The position numbers and the translations under genes were made by a program. Under the pieces are notes generated by a model. The model saw only the letters and a program-made list of their open reading frames with translations, did not search any database and was not told where the DNA came from. Shown piece by piece: positions 16,218 through 23,199 of a stretch of 32,000 bases of DNA; within the stretch, counting starts at the first letter, position 1; each line of letters starts with the position of its first letter. Location: the NCBI RefSeq assembly GCF_001598795.1, contig NZ_BCZP01000003.1, positions 90,001 to 122,000 on the forward strand, read 5' to 3'. The stretch comes from Delftia acidovorans NBRC 14950 (GTDB lineage: Bacteria > Pseudomonadota > Gammaproteobacteria > Burkholderiales > Burkholderiaceae_C).

Positions 16218-17408
16218 TCAGACCAGGGCGCGGGCCACGGCCCAGTACATACCGCGGTTGAAGCCCTTGCGCATCATCGAGCCGACCTTGGTCGGCGGCG
16301 TGGGCTTGACGTCGACCTGGTAGTCGTACCAAAGCGGCATGCCGCCGTCCAGGCCCATCTGGGCGATGGCCACCACGCGCCCGTCGTAGGCATCGCTGGT
16401 GCGGCCGAAGCGGATCTGCGAGGCGATGTTGTTCACCACCACGGGCGACTGGTTGTGGCAGGCGCCGCCGGCCTTGCTCACCGGCAGGTCCACCGTATCG
16501 CCCAGCACATAGACATGGCTCTGGCCCAGCACCTGCATGGTCTCGTGGTCGGTGGGCAGCCAGCCTTCGCCATCCTGCGCCTGCGACAGGCCGCAGTCGC
16601 GCACGGCCTGCACGGCGCGTATGGGCGGCGTGGCCATGAGGATGTCGAAGTCCTCGGCCTGGCCCTCTTCCGAATGAGCCACCTTGGCCTCGGGGTCCAC
16701 GCGCGCCAGCGTGAAGCCGCGCTGGTGGCGAATGCCGCGCTGCTCGAACACCGTGGGCAGGATCTCGCAGGTGTCCTTCTGCAGGAACAGGCAGTTGCGC
16801 AGCAGCTGCGAGACCGTGGGATAGGTGTAGACGATCTCCACCTTGTCGCGCACGCCGCGCCGGCGCAGCAGGTCGTCCAGCATCAGCGTGGTCTCTATGG
16901 GCGCGATGCCGCACTGGTGCGGCACATTGGGCGTCTTGGGAAAGGTGACGGTGACGAAGATGCGGCCCTTTTCTATGCGCGCCAGCTTGTCGGCCAGCTG
17001 CCGCGCGGGCGCGTGCTGGTAGAAGTGGTCGCCGGCCTCGGCCAGGCCTTCGATGCGCTCGGGCGAGGGCACGCAGCCCGTGGAGATCACCAGATGGTCG
17101 TAGCCGAAGCGCTTGCCGCTCTTGCAGTGCACGGCCTGCAGCGCGAAGTCGAAGCGTTCCACCTCTTCCACCTGGAAGTCGATCTCGGGCCGCAGCAGGC
17201 CGCGCTGCCTGCGCCGCAGTTCGTCGCGGAAGAAGGCATTGAAGGCCACGTACATGAAGGCCGGCTTGTAGTAATGCCAGGGCGAGTTCGACAGCATGGT
17301 GATGCGCACCTTGCCCGTGACCACCTCCGGATACAGCTTGCTGACCAGGTGGTTGGCGGTCATGGTGCCGCCAATGCCACCTCCGATGATCAAGATGTGA
17401 TGCGCCAT
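16218..17408 (-). CDS. NAD(P)/FAD-dependent pyridine-nucleotide-disulfide oxidoreductase, sulfide:quinone-oxidoreductase-like
   Basis: 396 aa, with an AAGGAG RBS. N-terminal ILIIGGGIGGTMTA dinucleotide fold. Also HQCGIAPIE, YVLGDT and KAGGACHNQ motifs. Confidence 0.85.
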   Translation of the reverse strand: MAHHILIIGGGIGGTMTANHLVSKLYPEVVTGKVRITMLSNSPWHYYKPAFMYVAFNAFFRDELRRRQRGLLRPEIDFQVEEVERFDFALQAVHCKSGKRFGYDHLVISTGCVPSPERIEGLAEAGDHFYQHAPARQLADKLARIEKGRIFVTVTFPKTPNVPHQCGIAPIETTLMLDDLLRRRGVRDKVEIVYTYPTVSQLLRNCLFLQKDTCEILPTVFEQRGIRHQRGFTLARVDPEAKVAHSEEGQAEDFDILMATPPIRAVQAVRDCGLSQAQDGEGWLPTDHETMQVLGQSHVYVLGDTVDLPVSKAGGACHNQSPVVVNNIASQIRFGRTSDAYDGRVVAIAQMGLDGGMPLWYDYQVDVKPTPPTKVGSMMRKGFNRGMYWAVARALV

Positions 17409-17447
17409 CCCTGCTACTCCTTGTGCTTTCGCCTCAGTGGAACAACC

Positions 17448-17469
17448 GCTGGCGCCGCACGGCGCCAGC
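17448..17469. other. Perfect 9-bp-stem hairpin between the TetR and oxidoreductase genes
   Basis: GCTGGCGCC-gcac-GGCGCCAGC. There is no U-tract on either strand. It may be an intra-operon attenuator or an RNA stability element. Confidence 0.4.
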
Positions 17470-17486
17470 GCCGGAAAATGCGCCGC

Positions 17487-18086
17487 TCAGTCAGGCTTGA
17501 GCGATCGCCACACCCCGTCCCAGAGCGCGTCGAACAGGGGCTCTATGGGCGTGTCGATGATGCCGTCCAGCCGCAGGCAGATCATGCGGATCGCGCTGCC
17601 GTACATCAGGCTGGCCGCCACCATGGGCTCCATCTGGCGGATCTCGCCATCGGTCATGCCGGCGAACACGAAGCCGCGCATGCGCACGAAGGCCGAGGCC
17701 GAGCAGATGGCCTGCTCGTCGGGCAGAAACTCGCGGTGGCGCGCATTGACCACGAAGCCCATGGCCTCGGGCTCTGCCTCGGCCAGCCCGAACAGCATGC
17801 GCAGCACCTCGCGGCAGCGCTGGGCGCTGCCCGCGTGCCGCTCCTCGATATCGTCGAGCAGCACATTCATGCGCGCCAGCAAATGCCGGTACAGCTCGCG
17901 CGCAATGCCTTCCTTGTCGGCAAAGTGGTTGTAGAAGAAACCGATGGACACGCCGGCCTCGGCGCACAGGTCCTGTATCGAGGTATTAAAGAAGCCCCGC
18001 TCCACAAACAGCCTGAGCGCCACGCGCAGCGTCTGCACATGGCGCGAACCCGCATGCGGAAAGAAGGTCCAGGCCTCGTCTTGCAT
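17487..18086 (-). CDS. TetR/AcrR-family transcriptional regulator
   Basis: 199 aa. HTH region VQTLRVALRLFVERGFFNTSIQDLCAEAGVSIGFFYNHFADKEGI. It is the first gene of the minus-strand operon. Confidence 0.85.
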   Translation of the reverse strand: MQDEAWTFFPHAGSRHVQTLRVALRLFVERGFFNTSIQDLCAEAGVSIGFFYNHFADKEGIARELYRHLLARMNVLLDDIEERHAGSAQRCREVLRMLFGLAEAEPEAMGFVVNARHREFLPDEQAICSASAFVRMRGFVFAGMTDGEIRQMEPMVAASLMYGSAIRMICLRLDGIIDTPIEPLFDALWDGVWRSLKPD

Positions 18087-18098
18087 GGGAAATGATCG

Positions 18099-18118
18099 TA
18101 GAACGAATCTTCATTCTA
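18099..18118. promoter_or_regulatory. Imperfect 20-bp palindrome, candidate operator of the adjacent TetR
   Basis: TAGAACGAATCTTCATTCTA has half-sites matching at 8/10. It lies 13 nt upstream of the TetR start, in the region divergent to the PhzF gene. Confidence 0.45.
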
Positions 18119-18302
18119 TTTTCACAAGCACTTGCAAACTACACAGGGTTTTCCAGAAAAGACGGTACCCAGTGCATCAGCCGCAATGCCTTGCCCATTC
18201 CCGGCCATTGCCCTGCGGGACCGTAGAATCCGCGCGCAGCCATTGGAGACAGAGACAACAATGACGGGCTGCACACGAATCCGACCCAAAGGCCTTTTGC
18301 AA

Positions 18303-19106
18303 ATGCAACTCCCCATCCACGTCATCGACGCATTCACATCGGAACGATTCAAGGGCAATCAGGCCGCCGTCATTCCCCTGGATGCATGGCTTGCCGATTC
18401 CATGCTGCAGGCCATTGCCGCAGAGAACAATCTCTCGGAAACCTCGTTCCTGGTCTGGAGTGCCGAGCGCGACGCCTTTGAGATCCGCTGGTTCTCCCCG
18501 CTCACGGAGATCGCGTTCTGCGGCCATGCCACGCTGGCAAGCGCCTTCGTGCTGTTCGAGGCCGACCCCGCGCTGCGCAGCATCACGTTCTGGGCCGCTG
18601 CCGTGGGCAAGGTCACCGCCACGCAGGAGGATGGCGGACGCATCGTCATGACCTTCCCGCGCCGCGACGCCAAGCCTGTGGACGAGGTGCCTGCCGCGCT
18701 GCGCGAAGGCCTGACGCCCGCACCCACGGCCTATCTTGTGAACCAGCAGGCCTACGTGGCGGTCTACGCCGCCGAGGCCGATGTGCTGGCCGTCAAGCCG
18801 GACCTGGAGCGCCTCAAATCGCTGGGACCGCTGGACGTGGTGGTGACGGCGCCTGCGGATGCGGGCGCCTCGTATGACTTCGTCAGCCGTTACTTCTGGC
18901 CCGCCAATGGCGGCGAGGAAGATCCCGTCACGGGCTCCATCCATGCGGCGCTTGCACCTTACTGGGCAGGCAGGCTGGGCAAGAACCGTCTGGTCGGCCA
19001 CCAGGCCTCGCGCCGCACGGGCACGCTGTTTTGCGAAGTGACGGATGCCAGCGTCGAGGTGGCTGGCCACTGCGCGCGTTACCTGACCGGGACGATCACC
19101 GTCTGA
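18303..19106 (+). CDS. PhzF-family isomerase-like protein
   Basis: Starting at the ATG at 18303 gives MQLPIHVIDAFTSERFKGNQAAVIPL, the canonical PhzF N-terminus. The track's longer N-terminal extension has no family support. Confidence 0.85.
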   Translation: MQLPIHVIDAFTSERFKGNQAAVIPLDAWLADSMLQAIAAENNLSETSFLVWSAERDAFEIRWFSPLTEIAFCGHATLASAFVLFEADPALRSITFWAAAVGKVTATQEDGGRIVMTFPRRDAKPVDEVPAALREGLTPAPTAYLVNQQAYVAVYAAEADVLAVKPDLERLKSLGPLDVVVTAPADAGASYDFVSRYFWPANGGEEDPVTGSIHAALAPYWAGRLGKNRLVGHQASRRTGTLFCEVTDASVEVAGHCARYLTGTITV

Positions 19107-19145
19107 CACCGGGCTCGTCCCGATGGAGCCGACGCGGAAGGCGCA

Positions 19146-19553
19146 TCAGCGCCGAAGGCAGCGACCGGCGCCATCGACAAGGCGGGCCATTTCCCTGTCC
19201 ACGCCCAGGTCGGTGCAATAGGCACCCGCCCCGCGCAGTGACAGATCCAGAGTGGCTGGCTTGCTCCTGGAAACCTCGGCCCTCAGCCGAAAGCCCGCCA
19301 CGTTGGGCGCGCCGTAGTCAGCCGTCTCCAGCACGCCCGCCCGGGTGTCGCGGATGGCATGGCCGTTGCCAAGGTGGTAGGCGCCCTCGTTGCCAGCCAT
19401 GGCTTCGTCAAGGCAGGCAAAGGCCTGCTCGGCCGAGGCACCTTGGGGCAGGACCAGCGACGCGGTTGTGCCGGGACCCAGGGCATCGCACATGCCTGCA
19501 GAGATTGCGCAGCCGCTCAACAGGCCTGCAAGGCCCAGTACCCATATCCGCAT
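19146..19553 (-). CDS. Hypothetical lipoprotein
   Basis: 135 aa. The signal MRIWVLGLAGLLSGC carries a lipobox (LLSGC). No recognised domain. Confidence 0.6.
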   Translation of the reverse strand: MRIWVLGLAGLLSGCAISAGMCDALGPGTTASLVLPQGASAEQAFACLDEAMAGNEGAYHLGNGHAIRDTRAGVLETADYGAPNVAGFRLRAEVSRSKPATLDLSLRGAGAYCTDLGVDREMARLVDGAGRCLRR

Positions 19554-19675
19554 TCACGCTTCCTTTCCAGATCCGCGGCAGTGTATCGGCCCGGCCGCGG
19601 CACCGGGCTCGCAATGCGCAGGGAATAGTCTCTCGCCTTGCCGATACCCCCGAGACACGCAGGTACCATCCGCGC

Positions 19676-20416
19676 ATGAGTACCCACTACGAATCCCTGT
19701 CGCAAGCCGACGCCTACCGCGACGCCTTCGACGTGGAAGCGCCCGCGGCCAGCGAGCGCAACATGACGCCGCGCAAGTCCGGCTTTTTCATCCGCAGCGT
19801 CGCCGTGGCTGCAGAGGCAGCCGCTGAACAGGCAGAACCTGCAGCTCCCGACACACCGCCTGCAGCACCCACCACTGCCGCACGCGAGCTGGTTGCCGCC
19901 CAATGGGGCCTGGTGCCGCACTGGGTGAAGTCGGCGTCGGACGGCCGGCTGCGCGCGCTCAAGCTGGTGAATGCGCGCTCCGAAACGGTGTCCACGGCCC
20001 AGGCCTTCCGCGATGCCTGGCTCAATGGCCAGCGCTGTATCGTGCCCATGGCCGCCTTTTTCGAGGATGACTACCGCAACGGCAAGGCCCTGCCCACGCG
20101 CATCTCGCGCATCGACGGCAAGCCCATGGGCGTGGCCGGCGTGTGGGCGCAGTGGACGGGCCCGGACGGCGAGGTGCTGCTGAGCTACGCCCTGCTCACG
20201 GTCAACGCCAACAGCCATGCGCTGCTGCACCGCTACCAGCAGCCCGGCGCGGAAAAGCGCATGCCGGCGATTCTCAACGAAGGCGCCTACGACGCCTGGC
20301 TCAACGCGCGCGTGGAAAAGGCGCGCGAGTTCATGCGCCAGTACCCCTCCAACTGGCTCACCGCCAATCCGGTGGAGCGAAAGGCCGACAAGCGGCCTCC
20401 AGGGCTGATGGGCTGA
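19676..20416 (+). CDS. SRAP (SOS-response-associated peptidase, YedK/HMCES family) protein with Ser instead of Cys at position 2
   Basis: WGLVPHWVK, LVNARSETV, GQRCIVPMAAFFEDDY, GVAGVW, LLTVNAN and KRMPAIL are the conserved SRAP blocks. The N-terminus reads MSTHY (atg agt acc cac tac). The part of the track ORF upstream of 19676 overlaps the lipoprotein gene and was rejected. Confidence 0.8.
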   Translation: MSTHYESLSQADAYRDAFDVEAPAASERNMTPRKSGFFIRSVAVAAEAAAEQAEPAAPDTPPAAPTTAARELVAAQWGLVPHWVKSASDGRLRALKLVNARSETVSTAQAFRDAWLNGQRCIVPMAAFFEDDYRNGKALPTRISRIDGKPMGVAGVWAQWTGPDGEVLLSYALLTVNANSHALLHRYQQPGAEKRMPAILNEGAYDAWLNARVEKAREFMRQYPSNWLTANPVERKADKRPPGLMG

Positions 20417-20432
20417 TGGGCTGATGGGCTGA
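20402..20432. repeat. 8-bp tandem repeat (GGGCTGAT) x3.9 spanning the SRAP stop codon
   Basis: gggctgatgggctgatgggctgatgggctga, read directly from the sequence. TGA occurs at 20406, 20414, 20422 and 20430, so it is present in all three frames. Confidence 0.95.
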
Positions 20433-20454
20433 CGCATAGCCCTTGTCCCGCGCG

Positions 20455-21255
20455 CTACGGAGCCTTGGGCAACGCGTTGATGGAGCGCAGGATGTCGCGC
20501 GTGATGCCCTGGCGCTTGGGCAGGTCGGCCAGCCGGTGGGGCGTGTCCATGTTCATGGCGAAGAACACGGGGCCGGCAGGCCATTCCACCCAGCCCACCC
20601 ACCAGCCGATACGGCCCGTCCAGCCGGTTTTGGCGCGCAGTATCCAGTCCGGGCCTGCCTCGTTGATCATCACGTCCTTCACCAGCCGCTGGTGCTCCAC
20701 CGGCAATGGCAGCCGATTGCGGTACAGCCGCTGCAGGAAGGCCACCTGCTCCAGCGCCGAGATGGCCAGGTCGCCTTCCACCCAGAACGGCTGCTCGCCC
20801 GTGGCCAGCGCATTGCCGTAGTCGATCTTGCGCATGTAGGCAGCCTCACGCGCGCTGCCAAGCTCCCTGGCAAAGCCTTCGTACACCCAGACGGTGGAGT
20901 TGCGCATGGCCGAGCGCAGGTCCTGATCGGCATTCCAGGCCGGCAACTGGCGCTTCACGCCATCCCAGGGAATGCGCTGGAATTCATCGCGCAGCAGCCC
21001 GGCGTCCAGCGCGAACAGGCTGTGCGGGATCTTGAAGGTGGAAGCGGGCGAGTAGCGCCGCGCCGCGCGGTCACGGTTGTGGACGTAGACGGCTTCGGCC
21101 TGGCCTCTGGCATCGACCACGACGATGCTGCCATCGACCTTGGCATCGGCAAAGAAGCGGTCCCACTCGGGCTTGTCCTGCAGTTCGGCAGCCGCCAGCG
21201 CCGCCTGTGACAGACAGGCGAGCAGCGCGGCGCACATCAGATTTCTTCGATTCAT
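20455..21255 (-). CDS. Class D (OXA-type) beta-lactamase
   Basis: 266 aa with a signal peptide. All class D motifs are present: active-site STFK (PASTFKIPHSL), STV (S-x-V), YGN (IDYGNAL), KTG (AKTGWTG) and WxxG (GWWVGW). Confidence 0.9.
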   Translation of the reverse strand: MNRRNLMCAALLACLSQAALAAAELQDKPEWDRFFADAKVDGSIVVVDARGQAEAVYVHNRDRAARRYSPASTFKIPHSLFALDAGLLRDEFQRIPWDGVKRQLPAWNADQDLRSAMRNSTVWVYEGFARELGSAREAAYMRKIDYGNALATGEQPFWVEGDLAISALEQVAFLQRLYRNRLPLPVEHQRLVKDVMINEAGPDWILRAKTGWTGRIGWWVGWVEWPAGPVFFAMNMDTPHRLADLPKRQGITRDILRSINALPKAP

Positions 21256-21272
21256 GCAGGCAGTTTAAGAGC

Positions 21273-21297
21273 TGCACCACCGCACGGCGATGGTGCA
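21273..21297. promoter_or_regulatory. Inverted repeat TGCACCA-N11-TGGTGCA, possible NtrC-type enhancer site
   Basis: The half-sites are identical to the NtrC consensus half-sites (TGCACCA/TGGTGCA). The spacer is 11 nt rather than the canonical 3. It lies about 100 bp upstream of the sigma-54 promoter. Confidence 0.4.
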
Positions 21298-21386
21298 CCG
21301 CCTGCCCGGCTGCCCTGTTTTGACTCGCGGTTTTCCCGTTTTGGTGTTCCGGCAGCATCGCACGGGCCCCAAGGGCCCCGTGTGCG

Positions 21387-21403
21387 CTGGCACGACTTGT
21401 GCA
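21387..21403 (+). promoter_or_regulatory. Sigma-54 (-24/-12) promoter for amtB
   Basis: CTGGCACGACTTGTGCA matches the consensus YTGGCACGRNNNTTGCW at all but one defined position. It lies about 80 nt upstream of the amtB start. Confidence 0.65.
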
Positions 21404-21484
21404 AGGCCGCTGCAGGCCGGCCAATGCAGCCATGGCGGCAACGGCAGACGGCCCCATGACCACAACAAACAAGGGAGTCATTGC

Positions 21485-22816
21485 ATGCACAGGTGCGCAC
21501 GGGCATTGAGAACATTGGTGGGGGGAGGATGGGCTGCAGTCCTTGGTGCGGCGCGGGCGGCCGAGCAGGCGATCACGCGGCCGTCGCTGGTGGCGGTGGA
21601 GTCCATCAGCGCCGTGGACACGGTCTGGCTGATGACGGCCACCGTGCTGGTGCTGCTGATGACGCTGCCCGGCATTGCGCTGTTCTATGCGGGCATGGTG
21701 CGCCGCAAGAACGTGCTCAACACCATGGCCAGCGTGGTGGCGATTGCCTGCCTGGTGAGCATTCTGTGGTTTGCACTCGGCTATTCGCTGGCCTTCACGC
21801 CCGGCAATGCGTGGATAGGCGGTGATTCGCGCGCCTGGTTCGCGGGGCTGGATTTCAACGCCGCCAAGGGCCTGGTGGCCGTGAGCCACCTGGCGCCGCA
21901 TGTGCCCGAAGCGGCCTATGCCATGTTCCAGCTGGCCTTTGCCGTGATCACCGCCGCCTTGCTGGTGGGCGCCTGGGTGGAGCGCATGCGCTTCGGTGCC
22001 ATGCTGATCTTCGTGGGCCTGTGGAGCCTGTTGGTCTATGCGCCGGTGGCGCACTGGGTGTGGGAGCCCGGGGGCTGGCTGGCGCGCATGGGCGCGCTGG
22101 ACTTTGCCGGAGGCACCGTGGTGCATGTGAACGCGGGCGTGGCCGGCCTGGTCTGCGCCTGGTTCCTGCGGCCGCGCCGCGGCTACGGGCACGAGCCCTT
22201 CGAGCCCTACAACCTGGCCTTGACCATGATGGGCGCGGCCCTGCTGTGGATGGGCTGGTTCGGCTTCAACGCCGGCTCATCGCTGGCCGGGGACAGCCGC
22301 GCGGCCCTGGCACTGGCCGTCACCCACATTGCCGCCAGCGCGGGCGCGCTGGCCTGGTCGCTGGCCGAGTATGTGGTGCGCGGCAAGGCCACGCTGCTGG
22401 GGCTGTGCTCGGGCCTGGTGGGCGGGCTGGTGGCGATCACGCCGGCGGCCGGCTTCGTGACGCCGCTGTCGGCGCTGTGCATCGGCCTGATCGCCGGTGT
22501 CGCCTGCTACTGGGGCGCCACGGGACTCAAGCGGCTGCTGGGTGCGGACGATTCGCTGGATGTGTTTGGCGTGCATGGCGTGGGCGGCATCGTGGGCTCG
22601 CTGCTCACCGGCGTGTTTGCCAGTCCGCAGATCGGCGGCGTGCAGGGCAGCGTGCTCACCCAGGCCGTGAGCGTGCTGGCCGTGGCCTTGTTCACGCTGG
22701 TGGCCACGGCCGTGCTGCTGTGGCTGCTGGACATGCTGATCGGCCTGCGCGTGGACGAGGAAAGCGAGCTGCAGGGCCTGGACCTGGCGCTGCACCGCGA
22801 GCGCCTGAGTGGATGA
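21485..22816 (+). CDS. amtB: Ammonium transporter (Amt family)
   Basis: AGGGAG RBS 7 nt before the ATG at 21485. Signal peptide, then DTVWLMTATVLVLLMTLPGIALFYAGMVRRKN. Also DFAGGTVVHVNAG and GVHGVGGIVGSLLTG signature segments. Confidence 0.9.
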   Translation: MHRCARALRTLVGGGWAAVLGAARAAEQAITRPSLVAVESISAVDTVWLMTATVLVLLMTLPGIALFYAGMVRRKNVLNTMASVVAIACLVSILWFALGYSLAFTPGNAWIGGDSRAWFAGLDFNAAKGLVAVSHLAPHVPEAAYAMFQLAFAVITAALLVGAWVERMRFGAMLIFVGLWSLLVYAPVAHWVWEPGGWLARMGALDFAGGTVVHVNAGVAGLVCAWFLRPRRGYGHEPFEPYNLALTMMGAALLWMGWFGFNAGSSLAGDSRAALALAVTHIAASAGALAWSLAEYVVRGKATLLGLCSGLVGGLVAITPAAGFVTPLSALCIGLIAGVACYWGATGLKRLLGADDSLDVFGVHGVGGIVGSLLTGVFASPQIGGVQGSVLTQAVSVLAVALFTLVATAVLLWLLDMLIGLRVDEESELQGLDLALHRERLSG

Positions 22817-22878
22817 ACGGCCGAGCCGCAAAGCGGCCTGGCGCCCGATGATCGTCAAACCGAAGGAGTGCCCACTAC

Positions 22879-23187
22879 ATGCCCGAAAGCGAACTCCTGG
22901 CCATTGCCGCGCACCTGCATGTGCTGCTGCGCAGAAGCTGCGGCCGCGTGACCGATACCGAATGGCTGGCAGCCAATGCCGAATACGCCGCCGAAATCAT
23001 CCGCTTCGCCCGGGAGCAGGAAGGGACGCGCAGCACGCCCGAACTGGTGGAATGGACCCATCGCTTCGAAGCGGCCTGGAATGCCGCGCTGGCCGGGCCC
23101 GCCGAGCGCTCGCCGCTCATGCAGCGCGCCGGCGAGCTGATGCGCCAGCGCGCAGAAAACCGCAAGTACGTGGGCACGCTGCGCTAG
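22879..23187 (+). CDS. Hypothetical protein (102 aa, predicted all-helical)
   Basis: GAAGGAG RBS at 22862-22868 precedes the ATG at 22879. Codon usage looks native (GC-rich third positions). No recognised domain. Confidence 0.55.
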   Translation: MPESELLAIAAHLHVLLRRSCGRVTDTEWLAANAEYAAEIIRFAREQEGTRSTPELVEWTHRFEAAWNAALAGPAERSPLMQRAGELMRQRAENRKYVGTLR

Positions 23188-23199
23188 CGTCTTGCTTGA

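Noticed and set aside
15375-18095. 906-aa plus-strand ORF across the DUF1641, oxidoreductase and TetR genes (also 14396-15808 plus and 15550-16914 minus)
   Set aside because: It is antisense or out of frame relative to well-supported minus-strand genes. The composition is dominated by Arg/Gly/Ala/His. This is a high-GC artefact.
18132-18302. N-terminal extension of the PhzF ORF (track start at 18132)
   Set aside because: The family-typical N-terminus (MQLPIHVIDAFT...) begins at 18303. The extension would overlap the TetR operator/promoter region and has no homology-like features.
19031-19675. 215-codon upstream extension of the SRAP ORF
   Set aside because: It overlaps the lipoprotein gene on the opposite strand. 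It is Arg/Pro/Gly-rich. SRAP domains begin at the protein N-terminus.
19554-19675. Looked for a LexA/SOS box (CTGT-N8-ACAG) upstream of the SRAP gene
   Set aside because: No such motif is visible in the 122-bp intergenic region, so I make no SOS-regulation claim.
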